Assembly: GCA_009859145.1 (NCBI GenBank)
Contig: VRVR01000022.1
Span: 20,001-268,000, forward strand
Direction: 5' to 3'
DNA: 248,000 nt
From: Andalucia godoyi And28
Taxonomy: Eukaryota > Protista > Jakobida
The notes under the pieces are model-generated. The model did not search any database, was not told the origin of the DNA, and was given only the letters and a program-made list of their open reading frames with translations. Each line of letters starts with the position of its first letter. Within the stretch, counting starts at the first letter, position 1. The position numbers and the translations under genes are program-made. Below are positions 218,101-230,751 of the stretch, piece by piece.

Positions 218101-221100
218101 GTCTTCAGCAAGTTTCGATTCCAAAATGTGCTCTTCCACGACAGAGTCCAATGCTTCAAGAGACTCGGAGACGGACACCGCACTGCGGCGTCCCGAGTGC
218201 CACGAGGCATGGTCATCATGATCCCCGAATGACTCAACTGATTCAAACGACTCGGAGTAAGCAACGCTGGCTGTGTCCACCACGGACGAAGTCTCCGTGG
218301 ACTTTGCTTCGGAAAATGTTCCATTCTGTCGCTGTGTCGCAGAAGCGTACAACAATTCGTCAGATCGTCGCTTTTCATACTCTCGAGACGTTGATTGTTC
218401 AGACGGCGAGGAAACACCACCAAAACTGGACAGTGACCCTTCAATGGCATCGTCGATGACTGAGGACTCTGGTGATGATCCTTGCACATTCGACCTTGCC
218501 GTCGACAAACTCTCAAAGGATTCCTCGTCATAGTCACCACCCATCTGCGGAGCTTCTGTTTTCGCTGGAACTTGGGAAACCGCGGAAACACCGGCGGCGG
218601 CTTTCTTCAATGTACCAGAGCCGGCAGCAGAAGTAAGGGCAGGAGTCGGTTCCGCAGCGGCAATCGGCATGGCGGGCGGTCTCGGGATGCGATGCTCAAT
218701 AGCAGCCTTCAAAATCTCATATTCATCTTCAAAGTTTGTTTGCACACCAAAGTCCAAGTGCTTCTCAGCAGGCGCAAGACGTACTTCCTCGTTTCGTGCG
218801 GCAGCCCTCAATGGAGCATAGGACGGTGCATTCGTCAGACGGGGGCTCTCATCATGCTGCAGATCCGTTGTTTCAGCTCGCATTGCAGATTTCAAAAATT
218901 CCAACTCCTGCTCAAAGTTCGTCTGAATGCCCAAATCACCTGTTTGCAGGACTCTGGACGCCCCAGAGCTTAAGGGGGTCTCCTTAAGCGGCGCAGGGCT
219001 GACCGCAGAAGCAACAGCTGCATCAGCGGAAGCGGATACGGGAACCGCAGCAGCACGGGAAGCATTCTTGGCATCGTCAACGGAGCGGACATAGAGCATT
219101 TGAGCAAGCGACATGTTCTCCCTCTGCGCCTCTGACTGTTGCTTCATTCTCTCGAGTTCTGCAATGCGAAGCTCGAGATCATGCATCGAAAACAAGTATT
219201 CCTGGTGAAGTTTGAATCTGGAAAACAAGGATTTCGGACTCATCAACCCTGAAGACGCAGTCGATGTCGAATCGTTGACCGTACGTGCCAGCTCATCCTC
219301 AAACGGATCCTCCGATCCGGATTCGACCAGAGAACGCCGACGGGGTTTTCGTCGGGGAATCGAAACTGAGGAAGCGGAAGAAATTGAAGCATCTGCAACA
219401 ACGGCAGGTGAAGACGGTGCTTGCCAGCTCTTCCTTTGCGGAGGTCTCGTCTGTCTTCGTTTCGGCCTTGGAGGAGATATTGACTGCCCTTTGCTTCGAG
219501 GAGAACGGAGGACGTTGGATACAGGAGAACTAGGAGCAGATGACGACAGCACCTTACCAGAATGCGGTGCATTGGACAGCGCAGTGCGGGAACTCATAAT
219601 CCTCGAGTACAACACATCCAGTACGGTCGGCCCGGTCACTGCATAGGACTTGACAGCATCTCGAAGCACATCGTTTAGCGAAGCTCTATTTGGCCCTCTC
219701 ACAAACGATTTCTGTCCCCGAGAATCCGCAGAACCTAACAGAACATCCGATGGAGGCGAAGGGGACGAAGGAGACTGCTTTTTCTCGAACAGCGACTTCT
219801 TCGCATTCTTTTTTGCACGTGTAGCGACTTCTCGGCGAAAAGCAGACAATTTGGCTTGAAAAGATCTTCGGACAATCCAGCCACGAAAAATGGTCTGTAT
219901 TTGGATGGCGGCCGCGTGATTTCTGGCGGAACGCGTGTAGTTCGTTTCTGCCACGATTGCCTGTGTGCCGACGGCGGAAGGCAAAGCATGTTTCACAACT
220001 GGAACCGCAGCAAAGGTCTCGGCACGGTGCACGCTGGAGCAATCGGAACCTCCGTTCGCGTGATCGTCTTTGTCCATGTGAATAACCGATGATTCGCCAT
220101 CACCTGCATCTGTGTCTGCGTCCCATCCAGCCGCGCTCTCGGAAAGTGCCATCGGGGACAGCTGCACGCCAGCATCTGCTGCCGACATTTCCATTTGAGA
220201 TGCTTCATCGTGAACGTAGACTTCTTCTTCTTCTTCTTCCTCCTCCACCACCTCCTCTTCATCTTCGACTGTTGCCGTGGGCTCCGCGTTCTCATTTTGA
220301 TCTGACTGTGAAAGAGATTGAGAAATGGAGCGAATCCGCTCTTGCAAACTTGATGCAGCCTCTCGAATTTTCGAGGATCGACTGGCATTGGGAAGATCCA
220401 TCGGAGGTGGGACAGCAGCAGCTGTCGACACGGATAATTGTGAAGGAACAACGTCCCGCACAGGAATGACAGGAGGCCTGGAAGCACTAAGGAGCGGCTG
220501 GGAAGACGAAAAAGAAGAGAGCGGCGGTTGAGAACCAGATGGAACGTCGACTGGTCTGGCAGATCTGGCTTGCGGGACCGGCCTTCTGGGAACCTTGGCA
220601 GTAAGAATTGCTTCGCAGGATTCTAAAATGACCTTCATCAAATCCCGTTCTTGCATGTCTTCGTGAGAAACCGGCTGCCGCGCGGTCGATAGCTCTTTTG
220701 CGACATCCAATGTCTTCTTTGGTGCAGACTCTAGAGCCTTTTGCAGAGCTTGCTTCCTCTCGTCTTCGAGTACCCTCAGTTTGGCCTCTCGTTCTGTCTT
220801 CTGAGCTGAAAGCGCCCGCTTTTTCTCTACGCTCTCCTTGAACAGCTTCTTCTTTTGTTCTAGGATATACTGAGAAGCCGCTGCATGCCTTGCAGATGCT
220901 TCCTTTGCCTTTTTCTCTTTCAACTCCTTCACTGCAACATTCGCGGGAAAAAGAAAAAAAACAAAAAAGAAGAAAGGAAGAAAAGCAGTTCAAAGGTAAC
221001 AATACTTCGTTAATTCCGTACAATTCAAAAAAAGACACCAAAACATTCGATACGAAAGAAAAACAAGATTAACATACGCGCCACCTCTTCCGCAGACATC

Positions 221101-221642
221101 TTGTTCTTCGGCTTGAACTGGAAAAGATGTTTCTTTCCATCCACACAGACGTACGCTTTATCCTTGTACGACGAATGTTCCTTGGCTTCCGAGATCTTTG
221201 GAACCTTTAGGAGAGTTAGTTCTTTGGAATTGTTATTCAATGACGCGAGTCTCGCTGTCAACTTGGCGTGCAAACCATCTGGATTGGAATGTCCATTCGC
221301 TGCTGCTGGCAATGCAGCATGAGAAGTCTGAGAAGTCGATGATGGCCTTCCAAGAGACGGCTTCGCACTTGCAGGGCGGACTGCGGATCCCTTTTGCTGG
221401 ATTATTGCGGCAGGCTTACTCGAAGATTTGGACGAAGGAGCAGCATCAGCAGCTGTTGACGGTCTTTTCAACGCGGAGGGCTCTGGTCGCGCATGCTCCC
221501 TCGCTGGGATCTCGGATTCCGACAAGAGGCTGTCAAAGTCGTCGTGATACAATTCCTCGTTTTTCCTGGAGGACTCAGATGGGCAGTGATGATCCTCGAT
221601 TTCAGCCTGAGAGCAGTTTGATCCATCCACATGATTTTGCAT
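215116..221642 (-). CDS. CEP350-like large centrosomal protein with IQ motif (intron about 220935-221074)
   Basis: C-terminal EL....EEWSKF..DE..I..LVDEIFD.LL.DT; IQTIFRG; upstream exon joins in frame (EEVAL-KELKEKK). Confidence 0.65.
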
Positions 221643-222102
221643 TTCATCCTCGACCAAAATGGACGGTTTCACAACAGAGCAACTACATGTTTGAATGAAA
221701 AACCACGCCTTCTTGTTAGAATACCATACCAAACCAGAAGAACATATCGATCCGCGTGTAATTTCGATGCAGAACGAGGGAAAAACATACAATAGAGTTT
221801 CCGCAGTTTGCAACTGTACAAGCCGATTCAAGTCCAGATCTTGTTGCTCAACTCCCTAAACAGTGTGTACGCACAAACATCGAAATGTGCATTCATGGGT
221901 GAGTATTGCAGAAAAAAACACAGAGCACATAAGTGACAAGGAAAGGAAAGGCAGACAGAAGACATACTTCTTGGATAGACAATGCGTCTGTCACAGATCC
222001 AGCAAACCCGAACGAACCACACCAACAGATAAGCAACAGCGAATAATTTTCACAACATGAGTGAGCACAAGTTTCCAAAGAAGAAGGAACACACACGCAC
222101 AC

Positions 222103-222149
<47 letters not shown>

Positions 222150-222465
222150 GAAGTAAAGCATACCGTTGAGATGGCCCACAGAGACGACGCGATAATTATC
222201 AGACATGTGCACGTCTAGCAGGGTTCGACAAATAAACCCACCAACTAACCAACTATTACGTGAATATAAGAAAAAACAAAATAATGAATGAAAGAAGAAG
222301 AAGACTAAGCGAACACGATGATGAAAAAACTTTTCTTTTGTGTTGCCTGGATATAATTGTGAGGCAGCAAATCAAATAACGGGAATATTTACAGTCGCGG
222401 CCGCCCGTGGTGGCGTCAATAGTATCATGGTTCCCCGTTTTCAAGCTTCTTCTCCCAGAAAGAGC

Positions 222466-223869
222466 CTAAAAATCGGGCATGAGTCGTGAGGCATCCAATT
222501 GCTCTTCAGACGGAGGTTCTTCACGCTGGATACGCGTCCATTCTTGCACAATGTCCTGGAGAGCACCTGCACTGTCTCGAAACAGCGTCTTTGTGTCGTC
222601 GCCTTCTCCAGCGTACTCTTCGTAATGATGCAGATAGACCTTGCGCTTGAAGAGCTTATTGAACCGTGAAAGCATGCGATCTCCAATTTCCGCCATACAG
222701 CAATTATTCGACAACGTCAACAGAGAATACGGGACTTTTGGCGCCACCGGCGGAAACGAGCACAGGCCGATCTTGAAGCCATCCGAATTCCAATGGGCGA
222801 ATGTCAGTTCTGGTCGCAGTCGCATGATATTATTGTTGATGTCAGACACTTCGACATTTCCTCGAACAAGCAGACCACATGCAAGGTACTTGAAAGACCT
222901 TGGATTGCACTCCACCAACTGCGACTCCTTGTTGAAAGCATCCGTGAACATCTGATTCACGTGTCGTGGAGCTGCGGTTTGCACCGGAACGTTCTTCGGT
223001 GCGGAGGAGATCACTGGAGAAAGGGACGGAATCAAAAAATGCAGTCGCGGGTATGGAACGAGGTTCATCGTGATTTCGTTGAGATCGATATTCAGCTTCC
223101 CGGGAAACCGCATCGAGGATGTGAGATGGGTCAGCAAATTGGCTGCAATTGTATTCATTGCCTCAAACGCCTCGCTCTTCTTTCCGTCAGGGTTGATCAT
223201 ACCGGAAGAAGACGCCAACCGAGCTAGCGCAGTGTTCTCGACTGGAAGCACACAATCCGCATGCTCAATCAGCTGTCGCATTGCTAACACGGAGTTGTAT
223301 GGCGACGTGACGACGTCATCGTCTGCCGAGGGAAATACCGCGTTCACGAAGCGGTATACATCTGGAAATCGATCCTCAAGCATGTTGAGGATATAGGTGC
223401 CGAGGCCAGATCCTGTGCCACCGCCCATGGAGTGAATGAGAAAGAAAGACTGCAGAGACTCGCACATTTCCGCCTGTTTCCTTACAGATTCTTCAATCAC
223501 ATCGCTGTACGCAGGCCCATAGTGACAGAATCCGTGTGCCCAGTTGTTTCCAGAGCCGGAATTCGCAGTGATACATTGCGTGTCTGGGTCAAATAAGCTT
223601 CCCAACACGGACCGTTGGGTGTAGTGGTTCACAACGCTTTCTTCCATATCCACCAAAACCGCACGAGCTCTCAAGTGGGAAACCTTGGAATTCAGCGGCA
223701 GCGACGATCCTTCCTCATCGAGATTTCGAAAGAACGACGCCATCGAATCATCAAACACCTTTTTCGAGTATACCGTGTGCTCTTTCAGCGCAGTGTCCCA
223801 AAATCGGCAGCCAATTTGGTTGCCACACTGTCCAATTTGGATCGTAATCAACTCTCTACTCGACATCAA
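222466..223869 (-). CDS. TUBE1: Epsilon-tubulin
   Basis: RELITIQIGQCGNQIGCRFW, SGSGNNWAHG, GGGTGSGLG, DLNEITMNLVPYPRLHF. Confidence 0.95.
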   Translation of the reverse strand: MMSSRELITIQIGQCGNQIGCRFWDTALKEHTVYSKKVFDDSMASFFRNLDEEGSSLPLNSKVSHLRARAVLVDMEESVVNHYTQRSVLGSLFDPDTQCITANSGSGNNWAHGFCHYGPAYSDVIEESVRKQAEMCESLQSFFLIHSMGGGTGSGLGTYILNMLEDRFPDVYRFVNAVFPSADDDVVTSPYNSVLAMRQLIEHADCVLPVENTALARLASSSGMINPDGKKSEAFEAMNTIAANLLTHLTSSMRFPGKLNIDLNEITMNLVPYPRLHFLIPSLSPVISSAPKNVPVQTAAPRHVNQMFTDAFNKESQLVECNPRSFKYLACGLLVRGNVEVSDINNNIMRLRPELTFAHWNSDGFKIGLCSFPPVAPKVPYSLLTLSNNCCMAEIGDRMLSRFNKLFKRKVYLHHYEEYAGEGDDTKTLFRDSAGALQDIVQEWTRIQREEPPSEEQLDASRLMPDF

Positions 223870-224280
223870 GGGTCGTTTTTTCCCCTTCTCTTTGGGCTGT
223901 CTATCTTTTCTTTTCCTTTCTTTTTTTTAAAAAAAAAATCTTTTCCCCTTTCCCCTCTTTCTTTTTGTATCACCCTACTTCCCAACAGCAAACAGCTAAC
224001 AGCAACGTCTATATTTGCAAACAGCACTGGGCCTCCTTCTTCCAAAAAACAAAACCAAAACCAAAACCAAAACCAAGGCAAATAACCATGAAAAACACAA
224101 AGGAAGCAGTGGTTGAGTCTCGGGAATGTCTCCCGCTGAAAACTGGTGTCTCTTGCATTTTCACTACTTGGTGTTTCTCAAGTTGGCCAGGTTTTCGAAG
224201 AGTCTCATCATGCAGATTAGGGGGTCTTAGAGGTATACTTGTTTCTGGTGTTTGAAGATCTGGTCTCGAGAGCCATACAC

Positions 224281-226599
224281 ATGTTTCGTAGCGTTGGAGT
224301 ACTTTTGCGTGGAAGAAGAGGATTTGATCGGGGTTTCTGCAATGTCCCTCATCTCGTGACCATTCGGCTGTTTTCTGCACTTCCGGCAGACGCATCGGCA
224401 GAAGTGGTGAATACACTGAAACCAAAGACCAAGAGAAAGAGCTTGCGTGACCAGAATGCAGAGATGCACCTCAACGCTGGATCCGGAGTCATTTTTTCAG
224501 CCGAGGAAACGCTGGAGCAAGAACGAAATGTGTTTTTCTCGTCGAATGCTGTGCATGTTCCGTCGCACGAGATTGAGGATTTGCTGCGAGACAATGGGCT
224601 GGATTTTCGGGCTTCGGATGACCACTTTATTGTGCGGCTGTGCCCCTTTTGTCACCCGATCAAGGATGTTGCAAGTAATATGTACAAGTTGTATGTTCAT
224701 CGCACCAAAGGACTGTATTGCTGTCATCGCTGCCGAGCGCGTGGACAGTACTCGGACTTGGTTCGGAAACTGAGCAAAGAAGTGGACCTGAGTTCGCTTC
224801 CCGAGTCTTCATATTCGTCCTCGATGACCGCGGATGCGCATGGTGCCTCAGTATCCACGACCAGTAACTTGATGGCTGGGTCACAACCGAAGAATACCAG
224901 CAATTCCGTGTACACTGGGTCCGCGAACGCCATTGGTTCCGAGTCGCTCAAGCTTGCGCACGATCAGTCTGTGGAGGACCTTTTCAAGAACCCAAAGTTC
225001 GTCGGAGCGCTGCAGTACCTCCAGAGTGTTCGGGGATTCAACCACGACACTATTCGAGCGTATCGTGTGGGCGCGAAGATCCATTCTTTCTTCGAGCCGA
225101 AAGCTGGCGCGTCTCCAATGGATGTCAAGTCAATGGATCGCGTGGAAAAGCACGTATTCGCGTTCCCCTGGTTTGGACCACCAAAAATGTCAGAATTGAT
225201 GGATCCCAAGTCTTCTCTGGTGATTCGGAGGTTGAAGATCAGGAGCGTGGATGACAAATCCAAAATGGCGCTCTATCCCGCTGGCGCGAACTGGGGGCTG
225301 TTTGGATGGCATCTGATTCACAAGATGGTGCAAAATGGAGACGCTGTGGATTCGGTCGTGTTGACGGAAGGAGAATTTGATGCAATGGCGGTGTATCAGT
225401 CCACAGGCATCCCCGCGCTGTCGCTGCCCAACGGCGCCTCGTCGCTGCCAGAAGAATGCGTCGATTTCCTTAGCCCGTTTTCTCGTATCATTTTATGGAT
225501 GGACAACGATCAGGCAGGTGTGGAGGGCGCGAGACGATTTGCTGAAAAACTTGGAATTGAACGCTGTTTCATTGTCGGTTTTGATGACCCGAAAGCACCA
225601 AAGGATGCGAACGATGCGTTGCGTGCAAAGATGGACATGAAGAAGATGATCGACGCATCCAAACAGCTGAATCATAAGGCAATCTGCTCCATGCGAGATC
225701 TTGCAACCTCCATTCGTGTGCAGTTGGCCAATCCGGAAAAACTCGCTGGAATATCCTTCACGTCCTTGCCGAAGTTCACGCAGATTATCAAGGGCCATAG
225801 AAGAGGCGAAGTCACGATATTTTCTGGCCCCACCGGCATTGGGAAAACGACCATTCTGTCCCAAATGTCATTGGATTTGTCGATGCAGGGAGTGTCCACT
225901 CTGTGGGGCTCTTTTGAAATTCCGCTAAGTACCTTTGCGAGAAAACTGTTGCAACAGTTCGCGGCCGCCCCCATTGAGGCAGAGCAGGTTCCCGAGCTGA
226001 TCGACCAGTTCGAGTCCTCGGTGCAGATGTACTTTCTGCGGTTTTTCGGCTCCACGAAATTGCAAGACGTGTTGACGGCGATGCGATTTGCGATTGTTCG
226101 GTATGACGTAGGGCACGTCATTATCGACAATTTGCAGTTCATGACGTCTGGCCAGGCGATGGGGGTTGGCAAGTTTGATTTGCAAGAAAAGGCAATTGAG
226201 GAATTTCGGTCCTTTGCCACGCGCAACAACGTTCATGTGACTCTTGTTGTTCATCCAAGAAAAGAAGACGATGATCTGCCCTTGTCGCTTGCTTCTGTGT
226301 TTGGGAGTGCCAAAGCAACGCAAGAAGCAGACAACGTAGTTTTCATTCAGAGATACAAGGGAGATCTGTATCGTTTCCTGGACGTGAAGAAGAATCGATT
226401 TGACGGCTGTGTTGGCTCTGTTCCGTATCGCTTCGAACACGAAACAAACCGCATCTATGAGATGACCAACGACGAAGTCCAAGGAGTGCTGGGAAATTCC
226501 CAGATGTCGGATGCCGGTTCATCGTCTCCAGGTTTGTTCAAGTCTGGCGACAGTCCGCGGCGGTTTCAAAAGCCGACGTATAAACCGTCGCGTTCGTGA
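224281..226599 (+). CDS. TWNK: Twinkle primase-helicase (organellar)
   Basis: CPFC..CHRC Zn domain, TEGEFDAMA, WMDND.AG, KDAND, GPTGIGKTT, IIDNLQF. Confidence 0.92.
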   Translation: MFRSVGVLLRGRRGFDRGFCNVPHLVTIRLFSALPADASAEVVNTLKPKTKRKSLRDQNAEMHLNAGSGVIFSAEETLEQERNVFFSSNAVHVPSHEIEDLLRDNGLDFRASDDHFIVRLCPFCHPIKDVASNMYKLYVHRTKGLYCCHRCRARGQYSDLVRKLSKEVDLSSLPESSYSSSMTADAHGASVSTTSNLMAGSQPKNTSNSVYTGSANAIGSESLKLAHDQSVEDLFKNPKFVGALQYLQSVRGFNHDTIRAYRVGAKIHSFFEPKAGASPMDVKSMDRVEKHVFAFPWFGPPKMSELMDPKSSLVIRRLKIRSVDDKSKMALYPAGANWGLFGWHLIHKMVQNGDAVDSVVLTEGEFDAMAVYQSTGIPALSLPNGASSLPEECVDFLSPFSRIILWMDNDQAGVEGARRFAEKLGIERCFIVGFDDPKAPKDANDALRAKMDMKKMIDASKQLNHKAICSMRDLATSIRVQLANPEKLAGISFTSLPKFTQIIKGHRRGEVTIFSGPTGIGKTTILSQMSLDLSMQGVSTLWGSFEIPLSTFARKLLQQFAAAPIEAEQVPELIDQFESSVQMYFLRFFGSTKLQDVLTAMRFAIVRYDVGHVIIDNLQFMTSGQAMGVGKFDLQEKAIEEFRSFATRNNVHVTLVVHPRKEDDDLPLSLASVFGSAKATQEADNVVFIQRYKGDLYRFLDVKKNRFDGCVGSVPYRFEHETNRIYEMTNDEVQGVLGNSQMSDAGSSSPGLFKSGDSPRRFQKPTYKPSRS

Positions 226600-226712
226600 A
226601 AAACGGTGCCCATACTGCGAACACCCCTGCGCACGCTGCAAAAATAAAAAAAAAATGCCAAGAATGTTATGTAAACAGATCTATACTGTTTGCTGTAAAT
226701 ATAAAAATGAAC

Positions 226713-227069
226713 CGTTGAATAATAGCAGTCTGATGCTGACGTGGGGCCACTACCAATTCCAGCAACGTTTGTTCCATAGGGCGACCGAGTAGCGCAAGCG
226801 CGATGTTGCCATTGTGACGGAGGAGTACACATCCAAAACGTGCGGGCGCTGCGGGTAAGATCCCATGCACGTCGAGGCGGAAGCAGCAAAGTGTTTGCAT
226901 GTCCCGCGTGTAGCTCGCAGATTGATCGAGATTGGGATCGGAGCGCAGAACATCTATCTGAAGAACGCCGTGAGGCGTGTTGGGGCCGATCCCCTTCCCG
227001 GCAACGGGATGCAAGATTGAATATGCATGCCTATTCGTAGATATGCATGTTCACTGTATAATGTAGGCG
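226713..227069 (+). mobile_element. Non-autonomous Fanzor2 element, family A copy 6 (retains C-terminal coding relic)
   Basis: CCGTTGAATAATA left end; MLTWGHYQFQQRL..IVTEEYTSKTCGRCG..SKVFACPAC..IDRD..AQNIYLKN; AATGTAGGCG. Confidence 0.9.
226963..227069 (+). ncRNA. Putative omegaRNA scaffold (A6)
   Basis: ACGCC-GTGA-GGCGT, GGGG-CCGAT-CCCC, TCCCG-GCAA-CGGGA, long stem capped by CTA-TTCG-TAG. Confidence 0.65.
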
Positions 227070-227095
227070 TGTTTCAGAACAAGGCATTCAATCGA

Positions 227096-227600
227096 CGCCT
227101 ATCGATGTGATTACCAGAATTCTCTGTCGTATTGCAACTGCGGAAAAGTCTGTTTAGGGGTCGCAAAAGGCACTCGCAAGTTTGCAAGCTCGCAAGAGTC
227201 TGCGGAGATCGGTTTTTTCCCGACTTCCGAGTCCCAGCGTGTGCGCGTGGTCTGATTCCTGGAGCCCGGAGCGGTGGGAAAATGCGTGGGCAGCCGTTCT
227301 CCACACCCCCGAAGCCCTAAATGCACGGCATGCATGGTGCATCTCCGGCTTCCGAGGAACGGAAGGATCACAAGATTCACTCTTGTTTTGGCCTGTCCGC
227401 ATGTCTGGTCTGTCGAGGGCTTCCAAGCTGCCAGCAGCGCAGTTACAAAAATGCCGCCGTACCCGCTGCTGCACGTGCCCGGGCGTCTCCCAGCAAAACA
227501 TGTCTGTCACGATCCGCGATTCCTCTTCAGAGACAAAAAGACTTGCAGGTTTGCTACGACGTCTGCGCACATCCCAGCAGTAGCAAAAGAGACGCAGATG
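227096..227600 (-). mobile_element. Possible heavily decayed Fanzor relic, tail-to-tail with A6
   Basis: Ends TAGGCG; faint WETP.. and YDRE motifs. Confidence 0.3.
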
Positions 227601-228520
227601 GAATGTGATTTCAACCGTCGTATCAGACTCTTACACAGCCCTTGCGTGTAGTGACGAGCAGGATCCCTCCAGACACAAGTCGACCCACACTGCCTCAAAA
227701 AAAAAAAACCCAACCCGAGTAAAACAGAATTCGACAACAACAGGGGATGGGGAAAGTCAATGGCGACACACGTTTCCCGTAGATAGACAGCTTGTCCCGA
227801 CTGCCCCTCCCTCGTCGTCATCTATTTCCACACCCCATCTTGCGATTGTCCGGAATTCTCGGGACTTTTCAAGCACATTCATAGTCGAAAACATCCTGCT
227901 TTCCTCGTTTGCTTTTCCTTTCGTTTCCACCACGAAAGGTGTTTGTGTTTTGTTTTTGCATTCTCCTTTTCATTTATTTATTTATTTATTGGTTCCCCGC
228001 TACTACTTCTTCGTTCTTTTTATTTTATTTTATGTTATTTATCACTTTGCAACTGTATATTTAGCTGGTCTGCGTTTCCCAGGCTTATTTATATATTTAT
228101 CGCTGCGTTCGACAATCGCGTCACCTGTGTGCGACACTGTCATACATCAGTTCTTTCAGTTCCTTTGACTCACACACACAACACGTTGCAACAACAGCAA
228201 CAAGAAAAATCAACGAGTGAAAAAAAAAATAATCAAGAAAAAAGCCTATTCTTCGCTGCGCCATTGACACTGACTTGACAGCCTTTGAATATCTTGTCTC
228301 GTCGTATCCCTTCTGTTTCCATCCCCTTAGTTAGCTCCCGTTTAGAGGCGACATTTCCCCCTCGTTTTTGATTCTATTTAATTTCTATTTATTTTTTCAA
228401 AAGAGACGTTTCTCTTCTCCCCTTGTATTGCGTAGCGTGGGTTTCCCTTCCACCCCTGCATATACACTCGCATTTTCCAGCATTCTGCCCGAGTAGAATC
228501 TGCACTACACAAAAACTCTC

Positions 228521-228830
228521 ATGAGCAACCAACTGCCTTTTGGAACAGGAAACCCCTTTGTTCCTAACTTTGCCCTTTTCCAGCAGCAGCAACCACAGCT
228601 ACAATCACAGCAGCAAGTCACACCCTCAAATACACAAAATCAGTCGAATCCTGGGTTGGCGTTCCCTTCCTCTATGAGCGCTGGCCAGTTGGACTCGATG
228701 CGTGCGATGGTCCAAGGTGCGTACGGCACTGGTGGATCCGGTGGCATGTCCTCCGACCAACAACAACAACAACAACAGCAGCAGCAGCAGCAACAACAAC
228801 AACAACATCATCAACAACAACAACATCATC

Positions 228831-228862
<32 letters not shown>

Positions 228863-230254
228863 GATTTGTTAGCCCATGCGTTGTTGCAGCATGCAGCTGC
228901 TGCAGCAGCTGCTGCGAGCGCACAAAGTGGAACAGCTGGAAACTCGAACCCAGCATTTCATCCCGCTTTAGGTCTTTTGAATCAGCCTCAGATGCAGCAA
229001 TTGGTTGCTGCAGCTGCAAAATCGCAACAAAATACTCAGCAACAGCAGCAGCAGCATCAACAGCAGCAACAACTTCAAGCGCAAGCACAGGGTCACAGTC
229101 AGCTTCATTCGCAGGCTCAGGCTCAGGCTCAGAATCCGCAAGGATCCATGGGCAATGCAATGGTCCCTGGTCTTGTGCCAGCAATGCCGACTGGTTCTGT
229201 GGGGAATCTCATGCAGCCGCTGCAAGCACAGCAGTTTTTGCAGAACCCTGCGTTAGCAGGTCTTCAGAATCTCAACATGAATCCTGCTTCGTTTCCTGAC
229301 ATGCAAGTACTTGCAGCTCTTCAGGCTGCACAGCCACATTTCAGCAAGAATCTGAATCAGAATGTTCAGCCTCCGGCGTCGATACAAGGAGGTTCTGCCA
229401 GTGCCCCGAATGTTTCGGCTCCCGTTCTGTCTTCTGCGCAGCTTGCCGCGCTATCTTCCATGAACGGCGGTCTCACGCCGCAGATTATCCAGCAGATTCA
229501 ACAGCAGCTGCAATCCCAAGCTTCAGCCGCTGTCGCGTCCGGTGCGCAGAATTCCTCTACTGCGGGCGGTAGTGGGTCAACTCCTAGTGGCAAAACTCCG
229601 ATGAACGCTGCGGTACTGGGGATGATGGGCATGAATCCTGTTGCGAATGCCGCTGCAGTCGCCGCAGCCGCAGCCGCCGCGGCGCTTCAGAATGGGAGTA
229701 CTCAGCGAGTCGCGCAAACCAATCCCACTGCTGTGTCAAGCGGCCTAGGAGCCGCAGGTCAGCCGAGCACTTCCGCACCGAACGCAGGAGTTAAACAGAA
229801 TGCAAATCGCAAAGTTTCCCCTGCTGAAATTCAGAAAGTGCAGCTGATGATCGAGCGTTGTTTACTTATGTATCTTACTCAGAATGAGACGACCGCGGCG
229901 TTGCAGTCTCAACACAGTGTTGATCCTGGTATTACCAACCTTGTGTGGTGCAAGTTGGAAGAGCAGAATCCAGAATTCTTTCGAGCATACCATCAACGAC
230001 TGAAGGTGAAGGAACAGATCAATCTGTTCAATTTCTTGATGAATCAGCAGGCCCAGATGATGCAGCAGAGAAAGGCTGGCTCTGTTGTCTTGGATTCTAT
230101 TGCTTTGGAACCCACAAGTGCGGCGACCAACCCAGCTTTGGTTTTGTCTTCTAGCTCCTCTCAGTTTCCGTCTCTTGCTGGGGCAGCGAGTTCCGGATCA
230201 TCCATGGGCCACGCTGCTCAAACAGCAAATCAAAGTGCGGGGGGACAACATGCT

Positions 230255-230285
<31 letters not shown>

Positions 230286-230543
230286 CAATGGGATCCATGT
230301 CTCCCCAGCAAGCTCAGAACCAGATGCTGATAGAGTTGCAGAAAAAGGTCTCGGCTGGGCAGGCCTCGGCGCTGCCCAGCTTGTGGCCATCTGGCACTCC
230401 GACTTCAAATCCGCAGCCCGCTCCTTTGCAGAAGTCGACGCCAGCAATATCTGGAAATGTGTCACAGAATGTCGCTTCATTCTTTCCGAGTTCTGCAAAT
230501 TTGACACCTGAACAACACCAGGCTTTGGTGCAGATGGTGCTAG

Positions 230544-230599
<56 letters not shown>

Positions 230600-230685
230600 C
230601 AACAACAACAACAGCAGCAGCAGCAGCAACAACAACAACAACAACAACAGCAGCAGCAACAACAACAACAACAACAACAACAACA

Positions 230686-230751
<66 letters not shown>

